From Octopus vulgaris (taxonomy: Eukaryota), in contig OX597817.1 in NCBI GenBank assembly GCA_951406725.2, positions 4,650,001 to 4,714,000 on the forward strand: DNA of 64,000 bases, written 5' to 3'. Positions within the stretch are counted from its first letter, which is position 1. Each line of letters opens with the position of its first letter. The position numbers and the translations under genes are program-made. Of this stretch, positions 12,626 through 27,119 are shown in pieces. The notes beneath the pieces were generated by a model. The model did not search any database. It saw only the letters and a program-made list of their open reading frames with translations, and was not told the origin of the DNA.

Positions 12626-15208
12626 AACGATTTATAGAATGTTATACTATCATATATTTACAAAGTAATACTTAACTTGAAACAACGTCGTAAATTTTAA
12701 CACAGATTAATAGTTTCCCTTTAATAAACAATAGCATCATATAAGTGCAAATTTCTCTATTTAGATTAAGAAGGAAATTAAAAGTAAAAATGTATTAATC
12801 CGATGTAATTCTGAAAGCGATTTATTCTTCAAAATGTTCAATAATGGTACTAATCATGATGCTATCTTCTGTAGTAATAGTGTGTCTCTACATCAAAATA
12901 TGGATCCAACCTTTACAGGATCCGTAATAAAAAAAAAACCTCAATGAGGAGAATTGGTCTAAACCAATATCAGCTTCAGCTTTGCTATGGGATTGTGATT
13001 GAGATTAGCTCTGGTATTTGTTTGGACATTGCATTCGAAACTAACGCCTGTTCCAGCAAGTATTCTGACCATTATTCGGCTCAGTTGCTTTAAGTCCTAC
13101 ATTACAAATAAAATTTGGAATATATTAATCGTAAGGTCTTGAAATTTTACGAAATGCGTCATATTTAATGTAGTCAAAGAATATATGAGGAATTTTATAA
13201 GTTCTAAGTATTCCTGAGCTCCGTGCAATAGACTGCATTTCTAGATGTCTAACAGTGATTGCATGCAGGAATCTCATAGAACCGTGTACCTTAATTTTAT
13301 AAATTATGTTTTTTTTTACTTGAATTGTTTAGAAACTTGTGTACTTAATAGGGAAACTGTTTGAAAGACTGACATTTGAAAGCATTTCATTGCATACCAA
13401 TACATATAAACAGATACATGCATTCATAATTCATACATACACATATACATACACACACACACACATACATATAGAAAGATAGAGAGAGAGAGAGAAAGAG
13501 AAAGAAAGAGAGAAGGGGGAGAGAGAGAGGGAGAGAGAGAGGGAGAGAGTGATTTTATATTTGTGAAACAAGATATTAGTTTCCCATAAATATTAACACC
13601 ATATGGCTTTGCATAAATCTAAATCGAGAAAAGAATTAAATTTCCATTTAATAAAGTTTAAAGAAACATATAAACATACATAAACAATCAATACTTAAAA
13701 AAATTTAGACGCTTGAAAATTTATTTCAAAATGATTTGTCAATCAATAAAGAATATTAGAAGCCTTTCGAGAATTTATGAATTTCGAGGCTCCCAAACTT
13801 TTACAAAATTTGAGATAGATAAATTTCATTAGAAACAATTAATCCAGTTAGATTAATATTACTTATAAGTCAAAAGGGTAATCGTTTTATATGACATTGG
13901 AAAACTGAAAGCAAAATGTAGGAAAACGTTATCTATTTTACTGTATCACGTGTAATGTAGAAGAAATATATGTTTAAAAATGTGATTCTATCACCGGTTT
14001 TAAAGATATTAATTTAACTGCTTCAAATAGAAACTGAACCAGCCTCTGAGGATTTAGCTCGCATGCAGAGAAGTTAATTTTAATTGTCCACGCCAAATTC
14101 ACCATCCAACATTGCAATCTTTCATGGATGAAAGTGGAAAGAAAAAAAAAAAAAGAACTTGTAAACTGTTTCTTTCTTGGCGTTTCTCACTATTCATATT
14201 CTTTTATTCACAGCTATAATGATGTTTTATTTTATTTTCGTTTTTCTTTTTTACGTGTTACACCTCAGCGGTGGTTTGCTCAGCTTCTGGCTTCCAAAGA
14301 TAATGATGGATTTTTTTCAAGGTCTTTTATCCTAGACCTAAAACTCATAGCTATTCATATTGATCCCTTTCATTTTACAATCTATTTTTGCAGTGATTCA
14401 TTAATTATTTTGCAAACCAAGGGTCTCATTTTTTCTCCTTCAGTGAAACTGATGCCGTGTTTTTTTCTCGTTTTTCTTTTTAATATTGCTGTTGATTTTT
14501 TTTATTGTTATTGTTTTGGATGTTGTTGAAGCTGACGTTAGGATGGTGGTGGTGGTGGTGGTGGTGGCGGTGTTATTAGTGTTGGTATTTGGAAGTAGTG
14601 TTGATACTGGTGATAGTAGGGATGCTAGTGGTAGGGCTATATATGCTTGAACTATCAGTGCATTAGCAGAAAATTCCATGCTCTCTCGCTAAATTTGTGC
14701 AATGGTTTAATTGCCAAATTATCATTGAACAGATCCCCATGCCAAAAAACAACACGGCAAGATCCCTTTGCAGAAGCTCTTGCAAAGACATTTGTATTGA
14801 TAAACGGGAGAAAATTGATGGAAAAGAATCTCCACTTCCATCCTCTTCGTCATCCTTATAATTCACATCATGATTATCGTTATCATCAGTATTATCTTCA
14901 GTAGTAGTAATATTATCGATGAAGGCTAGAGAAACAACCAAAACCTGCAATCCATATCTTTCACCTTTCCATTATTGAGATGAGTCACATAACTAGTAGA
15001 ATATCTGACATCTGTAAGATGAATGGTTTGGATCTTTTATTTGCAAATGCATATAATACACGAATAGTACTGGATTTAACGTATGTTGGTGTAAAACATA
15101 AACCCAACAACAGATGGGATCTGAAATTGAGATGCCAAGGGACTATACAATACAATGCGAAGAGTTTAGGAAATTATCGTACAAATTTACAATAGAAATT
15201 ATTATAAA

Positions 15209-15588
15209 CTAGCAGTATCGCCCGGCGTTGCTCGGGTTTGTAAGGGAAATAACTATATAAGCATTTTTAGAGAGTTATAGCCAAAAAAATGCATTAAAAA
15301 TGGAAAAAATATGATGGTAAATTTCTTTTAAAATCGTTGACTCATCGTAGACATTTTTAGAGAGTTACTTCCCTTTAAAAAAATATGCATTAAAATGGGA
15401 AAAATGATGGTAAATTATTTTTAAAATCGTAGACTCATCGTAGACGCGCACTAATACCCAGAAGGGCTCGATATGAATGACGACTATAAGATACCCGGTT
15501 TTGGTTAAACTGCACCGCAAAATGTGGGAGTAGTTAGGAATCTAAATCGGAGTAGACAGACACCCAACCTTACTTTTATATATAAAGA
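15209..15588 (-). mobile_element. Non-autonomous Helitron
   Basis: The minus strand starts TC and ends with hairpin CCCGAGCAACGCCGGG then CTAG. It sits between A and T with no TSD. A close copy is at 37765-38166. Confidence 0.88.
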
Positions 15589-16172
15589 TATAACAAAACT
15601 TCAAAGGCGTTTGTCTACTGAATGTACAGAACTATATTTAGTTAAGTCTTTTTATGTATGAAATAAACGACAGATTTCAAGTGACACCGAGATCGATGTT
15701 CAGATTTATTATTCAGGTGCTAAATGAAATATAATGGTCTATAATCATCACAAAATTTCTGTGCATACTATATATCATTGGCATCTCTGTTATTAATAAA
15801 ATCCCCACGGAGTCAACTTAACCTATTTAGTTTTGAAAGCTTAATGAAATAAAGTAGCAGTAAAATAATAACCTTGATATAATAGACACTAAGCTCTCCC
15901 CAAATATGTGTTTATGAGCTTCCAATATAAATCAATATTGCCAAGATATTAGCAAAAATATTGCTCGATGTATCGAAAGATACAAGGAAGGGCAAGAGAT
16001 ATAAGTAGTTGGTAGCATTTACTTACATTCGTTTCATTTTTGCGTTCAAGATTTGAAGATTCGAAGAAGCGATTTTGCATTTCTTCATTCACGGATCAAT
16101 AAAATAAATATTATCCAACTATTTTGGTAAATTTGATGGACTGTGATAAATGATTCATACTTATTATCATTA

Positions 16173-16567
16173 TTTTCTACTCTAGGCACAAGGCCCGAAT
16201 TTTTAGGGGTGTGGTCCAGTCTATTGGATCGACCCCTGTACGTAACTGATGCTTAATTTATCGACCCCGAGAAAAGAAAGGCAAAGTCGACCTCGGCGGA
16301 ATTTGAACTCAGAACGTAGTGGTAAACGAAAAACCTATTTCTTTACTACCCACAAGAAGCTAAACACAGAGGGGACGGACAAGGACAGACAAACGGATTA
16401 AGTCGATTACATCGACCCCAGTGCGTAACTGGTACTTATTTAATCGACCCCGAAAGGATGAAAGGCAAAGTCGACCTCTGCTGAATTTGAACTCATAACG
16501 TCGCGGCAGATGAAATACTGCTAAGCATTTCGTCCGGAGTGCTAACGTTTCTACCAGCACACCGCCT
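16173..16567 (-). mobile_element. Two adjacent OR2-like tRNA-derived SINEs
   Basis: GAGTTCAAATTC B box and a CTTTCATCCTTTCGGGGTCGAT-type core occur twice (about 16173-16330 and 16335-16567). Confidence 0.88.
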
Positions 16568-16701
16568 TTGATACTTAAATTATTTAGGCGCAAAGGATTA
16601 AAGCATATCTGACTGCGACATGTTTTGAAGAAAAAGGAAGTGTAGGGCACACACTCATACATGAATACATACATACATACATACATACATACATACATAC
16701 A

Positions 16702-16732
<31 letters not shown>

Positions 16733-17056
16733 GTATATTTACTGCTTAAGTTCATGGGCAATTTGTTCTAGGTGACTCGTGATATATATTCAACCGTCCA
16801 AAAATATATTCTCATCTATCTTATAAAGATAGTTTTCACTAGCTTCCTCACTCATAGTTGAAATACTGATACATTTAGTGGCCACTTCGTTACGTGTTAT
16901 ATATTGTGTGGCTAAACAAAAGATTCTTTAGGTAAACAGCCAATGAGGAGTTGGATATTTACCAGAATATCAAGATGCTCTACGTTGAAAGTTTTAAATA
17001 TGCCAAGATCTACTTATAAGGCATATTCAAAGACCATTCTTCCCGTTTCTTTATCC

Positions 17057-17125
<69 letters not shown>

Positions 17126-17305
17126 ATATATATATATATATATATATATGCCTGTCTGTCTATCTATCTATCTATGACATTTCTGTGATACACGATCCCT
17201 TTTGATCGAACACCTACCCCTCTTTTTTTCTTCCCCAAAAGAAAAGCTCTACCTTGTAATTTGTCCCGTCTGTGTTCAGCCCTGTGTGGCTAATAAAGAT
17301 CTAAA

Positions 17306-17367
<62 letters not shown>

Positions 17368-17672
17368 GCTAGCTAGCTAGCTAGCTAGCTAGCTAGCTAG
17401 CTAGCTATCTATATATCTATCTTTGTACATGTGAGTGTGCATATATGTGTACATATATACTATTTTCGTATGCCACGGAAGTGTCATACACAAACATTTT
17501 GTTTTTAATTCACTTCTTTACTACTTGTTAATTTTGTTAATTTTTTTATCCAGTTATCATAATTACTGTTTGATTAAGCGTTTTGGTTACTCAATCAACC
17601 AGTTTTGTTTCTAAAGTCACTTCGCCATTCGTGACCCCTTTAACACGTTCCCTCTCTTCACCTTGTGGCCAG

Positions 17673-17738
17673 TTTCAAGTCTGGAGCTGACTTCACGTAC
17701 ATCGAGAATACAACAGAATGGAGATTTTCTTTTACAAG
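17673..17738 (+). other. Candidate 66-bp internal exon
   Basis: Pyrimidine tract plus CCAG acceptor, AAG|GTAACT donor, length divisible by 3. Two open frames (SSLELTSRTSRIQQNGDFLLQ or FKSGADFTYIENTTEWRFSFT). No homology recognised. Confidence 0.3.
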
Positions 17739-20700
17739 GTAACTGAAATATGAACAAAATAGACTGCAAATAATGCTAATTCGAAGAAAATTCCCTCTAC
17801 TTGTAAACACATTCTAGATTATTATTACACAATTATTATTACAAATAAAATTTTAGGCTATTCGGCCACATCAAGGGCATCAAAATTATCCAGTCCAACT
17901 TCCATTACTTTCTTAATGTAGTTTGATATTTTCCCTGACAAATCACGATGCTTAAGCAGCAGTACACCAAGGAAATGATACAGATGTTACTCATCCTGCC
18001 TACTTTCTTGGGACATCTACTTTTAATCAGCTTCTAAGAGACTGTTCCCCCCTCTGAACTTCTTCCAACTCTTAATCTACCTGGAGGCATTGAACCGAAT
18101 AGACCCCAAACAACTTAACTGGAAACACTTCCCGTCAACAGAACCTGGCTTTCCGCATGCATTTACATTCTCAGGGCTAAATTGTATACACATGAATTTG
18201 TCAAATTCAATGCAGTTAATTGTTACATCTAGACTCTCCTCGAGAGTGCTACCGAGCACCTCATTTCTGATGTACAAAGGCGCTGATGTCCTCTGCTTTT
18301 TCAGAAATTAATCTCCTGCAAGTTAATTAGGGTGTAATGACAATGAATATCACCAGTACTAGAATTTTTTTCTCTAGACAACACACAGAATAGACGGAAG
18401 AACGCATCCTTCAATCAGAAAGCACACGACGCACAGCTGCTCCGAAATGTGGCAATTTATTCTGATTGCTCCATGGATGTTGCTATACATTATAGCGAAT
18501 ATATATTTAGTTTCTGTGAGCAGGTCAAAAATGGAACAAATTTAAGACGAGTGTCAAAGATCCAAATTTTCTTATTGGACTGATATAAATTGATCAGAGC
18601 CCAGCTGAGGCCATATCTCGTGCCAGCTCACTATACAATATACACCATGATGCACATAAATGATGAATTGAGGGTAAATATTACTGAAATCTCACATGTT
18701 TGTGCATTTCTGACAAATTTGCCAAAAACTAACGCTAGAAATATAGTCCTTTCATAGTATATTATCAGTCTCAGTTTCACAAAATTTGAGAAATGTTTAG
18801 GTAGTTGTTCATTTCGTATTTATACCTAACTCTAGAAATTATTTCTTTATCAGACTTCATGAATGATTTTTTTTTCATTTGAAGTACATCAGCATTCCAT
18901 GTAAAGAGCAAAGAGATTATGTAAACATAACGTTCACGTTGTAGTCACTGCACATATTAAAATTTAAAGATTATGTGTAAATATTGTTGTGTTCGTTTTT
19001 GATTGTACGGCGAAATCATTAGACTTCGTGTCGTTTTGATATAGCAGAGTCATTAGAATCATCTTCTCTCAGATATAACATAATTTTGTTTTTTATGCAA
19101 CTACCTAAAGTGTACTGACAATATGAGTTCTCTAAAAATTACGAATGTAAATTGTTAGAAAAGTTTTGCCTTCATCTAGTATTAGACGCATTACTTTATA
19201 CATAAAACAATATTATATGCTTTATAGATTTTATCCATCTTAGGGTGTAAAAATGTTAAAAATACTAACTGAAGTTACTTTTGGATGTATTCCGTCGTTT
19301 AACATACTGGTAACGTATATCATTAACATAAATGTAAAATTAAAGATAAATGTCGGCTGTTACGCTCATTGTTTGACTGATGACATTATTGATATTCTGT
19401 AAGTGAATGGTGTCATGATATCAAATACATTCTATCTTTGTAGCGCAAAATATCTCGACGAAGAAATGATAGTGCAACGTCATAGGGGGAAATTCACTGC
19501 AGAATGACTAAGCAGACCACATGGTTTAAAGCATTGCTGAGCAGCCAGTATATTATATAATGAGCTGTTACTCAACAGCCATCATATTAAACCTGCAATC
19601 ATATAAGTGTGGAACTAACGAGAAGACAAATGTTTAGAAGCTGGGCTGACAGTGCACATTCCAAATCACCCTGGAATAGTGGAAATCAAGAAAAAGATTT
19701 TCTGTCTAGAAAATAACAAAACACTGGGAGTAAATTTGAACTGTCATTCAGACTACTTACAACTATTTTCTATATTTAGTGTTCCATAAAAACATTGTAT
19801 CACAGAATAATCAAATCTTATTGTAGTTTATTGGAAATCATACAGCATTGAGACTATAATCGTTCTGCCCTTTTAAAAATATTCACAAATTGGTTGGCAA
19901 AATTAAATTATAAACGAAACACAACAGATCTACAATTTTTTTAATGTTTTTTTTTTTCTTTCCAAAACTATAAAGGAGAAATCTAACTTCAGAATTACTT
20001 TACATTAATTTTAATGTTCATGATTTTGGGAAAAGATATGATATGCAATCATGTAAAAAGTTAAGTATAGTTATTTATCTTTTTATACAAAAAAAAAAAA
20101 TATGTCATTACGCTTAAATTTAATATAGTGTGACTTATACAATGAAGTTCTACAGGAAAAATAAGCATTCAGATAAAAATCATTTTCTCTTTCAAAATCT
20201 AATTGGAAGCATTTATCAACTAACTAAAATTCTAATTATCATATATCTTTCAAAATCCACTTACTATCCGACGTTGTCATGTAAGAAGGTTGAAATACTG
20301 AAATTGAATGCTTTTTACAGGTAATTTAGAATTTTGGAATTCTAAATCAGTTTCTGAGATTGAATGGTGTTATAGTTCTGTAATGCGTCGCTTCGTTTCA
20401 GTTGTGTAATTTCAAAAAAATACTTAGCCTCTACAGTGTAAAAATAACTTTCCCGTGTAGCAATTCTATCATTTCTTCGTCGAGACATTTTGAATCAAAA
20501 TGTGTTTTCTCTTTGGTGGGCAGCTGTGAAATGTGCCTATACGTTTCGAATGCTGTGTGTAGATTTGCAGTGAATATTGCTTCTGAAATTTTGTCATAAG
20601 TTTCTTCGTAGCATAAGCCACTGAATCCTGTGAAGTCCTTATATTTGATGACTTTTAATTCGATTACACATATTTATCTCATATGCTATGAGAACAGTTC

Positions 20701-23700
20701 TTAGAAATAATAAAAATAAATTTTAACTTCTAAATTTCATCAACAAATATTTTCTCCTGACATTTCTTCAAAGTCAGAAAGAACACTATTAGAACAGAAA
20801 GCACAAAATAATGTTTATCCTAAAGGAATCTTTATCTTAGATAAGAATAGTTAAATATTCAAACCTAAATCTAAAAGAAAATTTTCAAAGTGTTAGTAAA
20901 TCCACTCTTGAAAAACGTAATGAAAGTATTGCAATGATATAACTGAAATATACTCGGCAGGGCCTTTCATTAGTGTATCTCTTTATATGATACTTGACAG
21001 ACACAGTTGAAAAGGATGATCCTGTTTCACATTCCATGCGGATATGGTAATGATAGAACTGTCCTTATTTCACAACATCCGAGCTTCATGCAATATGAAA
21101 CGGAAAGATTTGGTGTTATAAAGTAGTTTATCAAAACTTTTCTGTGAATGAGTAGCATCTAATCAAAATTATGTACGTGTTGTGTCATCTCTACCAGCAT
21201 TTCATGATGAAAGTCGATTGGCAACGAAGAGGAATCTGCATCATTATGCCTAACTTTCCTCAGTAAAACGAGAAAGTTCAGGACGAGAAAAAAGTTTCTA
21301 ACTCAGTACAAAACACAAATATATTCCTGTCTTATCTGAATGCTGCTTAGCTAACTACAATAGGGCAAGTATCACCTTAGGGGCACCTCAACAAGGTCGT
21401 TTGCGACGGGTGACATTACACCTAGTATCCCTTAAATAACATGATAGAAAGAAAGCAATAATATATTTCTATTTTACTATAAATATGTAGTGCTTATTCT
21501 AACTGGAATGTCTTTCATTCTAAGTCTGATTGATCACGTTTGGTTTGAGATAAACTGCAACCATTCCTTTTCATCACACTAAATGTTTCTACTTATTACA
21601 CCAAGTTATATCTAATAGACCAACGACCCAAACTTTACATATTGGTATGCCTTCTTTTAAAGAGCTGTTAAACTGTTCGCAACACCAGATGTCAGACGTT
21701 CAAGTTTAGTACTAAGACTATCAAACTATTAGCCATTAGTCTACTTATTTATACATTACTAACAATCTTGTATCGATATTTGTACCACAGAAAAGAAAGA
21801 CCTATGGGTTTAGTTTCAAAATGCAAACGATGCTTACAAAAAATATTAATGGAAATAGAATTTGTTACGCAAGAAAAACACATATAAACACACACTCACC
21901 CACTCACTCACTCACTCACTCACTCACTCACTCACTCACTCACTCACACATACTCAATCACACATACACACACATACACACCTCATACACACCTATGTAT
22001 ATACTTGGTGTTAAAATGCAATGAAAAGAACTTTGAACTTTGATAAGCTGGACGTCAGCGAAAGCCAGCCCCTTCAGTGAAATGAAATTCTTTCCTTCTA
22101 CTACAAAAACCTCTTTTGGCCAAAACATGCCCAATTGTTTTCTCTAAACCTTAATTTTAACATATGAAGACCTTTCTTTTAGACGGGATTCTCTAACATG
22201 AGATTTTCACTATATTTCTATTTCTGTTGTTTGCATATAATTCACCTTGCGAAAACAGACATTAATTTTTTTCAGAAACTTATTTTTGTATTTTTCTGCG
22301 TGAGTATATAATATTTAAGACATCCTAGTGAGATCGTTCCAAACCTCGAGTACAAAATGTGACTTTTTAAAGTTATTATATCAATGCTCCTTTGACGGCT
22401 GGACGCATCAAGGGCTTAAATCATTAATCGAAGCCATTCCTACCACACTTACCCATATTCTCTCTCTTAAGCAAAAGTTTTACGCTTGTGATGGGCTTTA
22501 AATTTTAAAGATATATATGAAATCATATTTTCAAAATTACGTTGGATAAGATATTTGCCAGCTGTTTTTGGTATTTGAAAATTAAGCAGTGTTAGAGATT
22601 TCAATTGTACTACGAGTAAATTATTTGAATTTACCTGGATTAGAATTGAAAGCTAGAACCATGAGATTGCAATTTAAGAATTTATTCCCTCATCCTTTCC
22701 ATAAAACAGGCTCATTATACATGCCTTATTTTCGTATTAATCAGTGAGGATTTGTATTCAGGCCAAGTCTGATAATTCATTCTATGAAAATCGTGTTCTG
22801 CATAAAAGCAACTCGAAATGTGAAAAGTATAGAAGTTGAAATTTTCGTCATGTTTACTATTCAATTCTTCTTCACGTTCACTCGTAAACAGGTTTCCTTT
22901 CATTTATCATTTCATTTAGTTTCTTTGTTTTCTTTCCTTCACTGGGGGAGAATTTTGTTTTTCAAATCAAAAACATTTTATCAATGTATGGATTTGCAAA
23001 TTAAATTTTTGAACACGCTTTTGTGTTGATGGTCAGAGAATTCAGCCCCCAAAACAAAACATGGAAAGAAAAGAAAGATTGCAATAACATTAACAAAATA
23101 TGCGTAAAGAAATGAAAATCTGGAAATTCAAACTCAGCAACAAGAAATGTTAACTGCAAGAAAATAGCAAAAAGTTACATCAACATCAATAGCTAAACTA
23201 ACAAAAACGACAACCAGAGTAGCAACAAAAAGAACAACAGCAACAACAACATCAACCACAAAAACAATAGCAGCATGCAAACTAATAAACAATGAAGAAA
23301 TGTATTTGTTATGGTTTAGTAGTAAAGGCAGTATAACATTTAACACATTGCTGGTGTTTTGGCACGAATAAACAGTTTCAAAGCGTCGAGGAGCACAGCA
23401 AGGAATGAAAAGCCAATATTCTAAATTGATGTGTTTAGTTAGGGAACAACAAGTAAAAATATCAACGTAAAAAAAATTCTGAAGAAACTTTATAGAATAG
23501 AAATTATATAAAACTCAGCAAAACGTGTACAGAAGAAATTGTATCGAATGACAAAAATTCCTATCTCTGTAATAAAATAGTAAAATTCTAAATGCTCGTT
23601 CCTCACCAGCATCCTTAACATCGTTTATATTCAGTGGTGCGCAAGTATGATAAACTGTTGCTAATATTCTTAGCATTTCAATCCAAAAGGACAGGGGTGG

Positions 23701-24009
23701 GCAAATAAGGCTGCTTTTCTTATAGAGTATCTATTTTTATTTAAAGTTCAAATCACACCGTGGTAGATGTTAGTATTTGTCATCACGCGGACGATAAAAT
23801 AAGAATTGAGTTATATACTTCTTTTATTACTCTGTTTGAATTCTGGTCATGCTGGGACACAGGGTGAAGGGGTTTTAGTCGAATGTATCGATAGTTATTT
23901 CATTGCTGTCGCAAGATTTGGAAGGCTGTAGCTACAATGCTAAGTAAGAATAGACTTATCGCCGATGAGAAAAAGGTTATTCATGTATATGTGTGTGTGT
24001 GTGTGTATG

Positions 24010-24074
<65 letters not shown>

Positions 24075-24320
24075 ATACGTGAGTGTGCGTGTGCGTATAT
24101 GTATGCATGCTTATGTGTGTATGTGTATGTATATTCAATAACACCTTGATTCTTCCCCACGAAACTTAGTTTCGTAGGATCATGAAACGAAAGCAACTCG
24201 TCAGGCTGGAAGAGAACGGAGCGCCTGTCCTCTTACCCGTATACGTACCTACATACATGCATAGAAACATAAATACGCACGCCCCACGCGCTCACGCACC
24301 TACACCCAGGCACATACAAT

Positions 24321-24415
<95 letters not shown>

Positions 24416-24464
24416 GGGTGTGTCTATCTATCTATGTGTCTCTATCTATCTATCTCTCTATCTC

Positions 24465-24535
<71 letters not shown>

Positions 24536-24609
24536 ATATATATATATATATATATATATACTAGTAGAGATACACGGCCTTGCTCCGGATTAAGGAGGCA
24601 TAGGTTTTT

Positions 24610-24890
24610 ATTGATTTACTTGTTTCAGTCATGTGACTGCGGTCATGCTGGAGCACCGCCTTTGGTCGAAAATCGACCGCAGGATTTATTCTTTATAAGC
24701 ATAATACATATTCTATCAGTGTCATATACCGAACCGCTAATTTATAGGAACATAAACACAGCAACATCGGTCAAGTGACGGTGACGGTACAAACACAGAC
24801 AATCACACGCGCACAGACACACTCAGATGTATATTTCAGTTTCCGTCTAAGAAATCCACTCACCAGGCTTTGGTCGGCATGGGGCTATAA
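24610..24890 (-). mobile_element. OK-like SINE, partial
   Basis: TTACTTGTTTCAGTCATGTGACTGCGGTCATGCTGGAGCACCGCC matches the tail of the other copies. Confidence 0.85.
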
Positions 24891-24894
24891 TCTT

Positions 24895-24942
<48 letters not shown>

Positions 24943-24981
24943 ACCATCTCCATACATACATACATATATACATACATATAT

Positions 24982-25058
<77 letters not shown>

Positions 25059-25103
25059 CATAAACATATATATATATATATATATATACATAAATATATA
25101 TAT

Positions 25104-25141
<38 letters not shown>

Positions 25142-25227
25142 ATATACACATATATACATGTATATATAAATACATGAATATATGTATATATGTATATATA
25201 TGTATATATATGTATATATATAATTAT

Positions 25228-25267
<40 letters not shown>

Positions 25268-25380
25268 CATAAATGAGGGCAAAGGAAAAAAGTTCTAATG
25301 CCAAATATGCCGAAAAATTGGACATTGATAAAATTTTTTTCGAGAAAATATTTTTTTTTCGAAAGGAATTTTATCCTCAC

Positions 25381-25437
<57 letters not shown>

Positions 25438-25652
25438 TCGTTGAAATGGAAAGATGAATTTTCTTGTTACAGATTATTCAAAAGTTTAACCGATGCCTGG
25501 GTAGCAAAAATCACAGCAGAAAAAAACACGGTTGGAGATAAGACCATTTGGTGTTGCAACCGTGCGTTGGTGCGGATAATTGAAGTTTAATATAATTAGT
25601 GAATGGAAGAAATGGAGTTGAACGAAGATTGTACAGAATTCCTTTTATTACA

Positions 25653-25732
25653 TTTTACACATGTTTCAAAGGCCACAATTTTCCAAATTCTGATTAAATA
25701 AGGATACCATATTGCAGCTTTCTCTTCAGGAA
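25653..25732 (-). ncRNA. Hammerhead-like motif, left-arm copy
   Basis: Same as 26175-26254 except GTA-AAA after the site, which breaks the first helix I pair. Confidence 0.5.
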
Positions 25733-25894
25733 AAAGCAGGAATTACGTTGACAGAACAAAACAAAACAGAGGCGCAGCAAAGCAATTCGAACGAGGACGC
25801 TCCTTAAGAGCCCATGGTTAAACTGTTTATCAATGTACGTTGAAATCGGGGTTGGTGGGGGCCGACAAAAGGCCCGTTGGAATAATTACAGGTT

Positions 25895-25948
<54 letters not shown>

Positions 25949-26174
25949 ATAATAATTATATATATACATATATATACATATATACATATACTAGATTTGA
26001 CCGCGGCCTGACCTGTAATTATTCCAACGATACTTTTGTCGGCCCCCACCAACCCCCCCGATTTCAACGTACATTGATAAACAGTTTAACCATGGGCTCT
26101 TAAGGAGCGTCCTCGTTCGAATTGCTTTGCTGCGCCTCTGTTTTGTTTTGTTCTGTCAACGTAATTCCTGCTTT

Positions 26175-26254
26175 TTCCTGAAGAGAAAGCTGCAATATGG
26201 TATCCTTATTTAATCAGAATTTGGAAAATTGTGGCCTTTGAAACATGTGTAGAA
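26175..26254 (+). ncRNA. Type I hammerhead-like motif
   Basis: TTC-CTGAAGA-GAAAGCTGCAAT...ATTGTGGCCTTT-GAAAC-ATGT-GTA-GAA. Canonical core and long stem II, but helix I is only 3 bp. Confidence 0.6.
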
Positions 26255-26307
26255 TGTAATAAAAGGAATTCTGTACAATCTTCGTTTACTCCATTTCTTC
26301 CATTCAC

Positions 26308-26401
<94 letters not shown>

Positions 26402-26402
<1 letters not shown>

Positions 26403-26620
26403 ACTCTTTTACTCTGTTACTTGTTTCGGTTATTTAGGTGTCGTCATGCTGGAGGACCGCCTCTTAAACAAGATCAAACCCTGGGCTCATTCTTTCTAAG
26501 CCTGGGGTTTATTCTCTCATCATCTTCTGCCGAACCGCTAGGTTACGGGGACGTACACATATTATCATCGGTTTCTAAGCGATGGTGGCGGGAAACAAAC
26601 ATGGACACAAATATAGAGAC
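26402..26620 (-). mobile_element. OK-like SINE 3' half, diverged
   Basis: CCGAACCGCTAGGTTACGGGGACGTA and CATGCTGGAG motifs. Confidence 0.8.
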
Positions 26621-27119
26621 ATGATATATATATATATACATACACAAACACATATAAATACATATACATACATATATAGATATATATACATATATACATA
26701 CGCGTAAATATACATACATAAATATGTATATGCATATATGTACATGCATATACATGCATATATCTATATCTATATATGTATATATTCATATATATACATA
26801 TATATACACACATATATACGCATATATATATATATATATGTATATACAACGATATAAATATATACATGCATATATATGTATATATATATGTATATATACA
26901 TACATACATGCATGCATACATACATACATACATACATACATACATACATACATACATACATACATACATACATACATACATACATACATACAAGCATACA
27001 TACATAGATGCACACATAAAGACAGAAACATATATATAAATACATATTGAATGTAACAGAAATGAAACTATTATATATAGGTCCATATTGAAAGTAATTG
27101 AACTTGAAACCATAGAATA

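Larger units (their letters stand above)
25591..26315. repeat. Inverted repeat of about 300 bp around a TA-rich spacer; each arm carries a hammerhead-like motif
   Basis: 25591-25893 is a near-exact reverse complement of 26011-26315. Confidence 0.95.

Noticed and set aside
14663-14950. 95-aa acidic minus-strand ORF
   Set aside because: Partly degenerate trinucleotide repeat, with no recognisable domain or convincing splice pair.
18077-18311. Overlapping short ORFs in unique sequence
   Set aside because: No motif recognised, and the lengths are compatible with chance.
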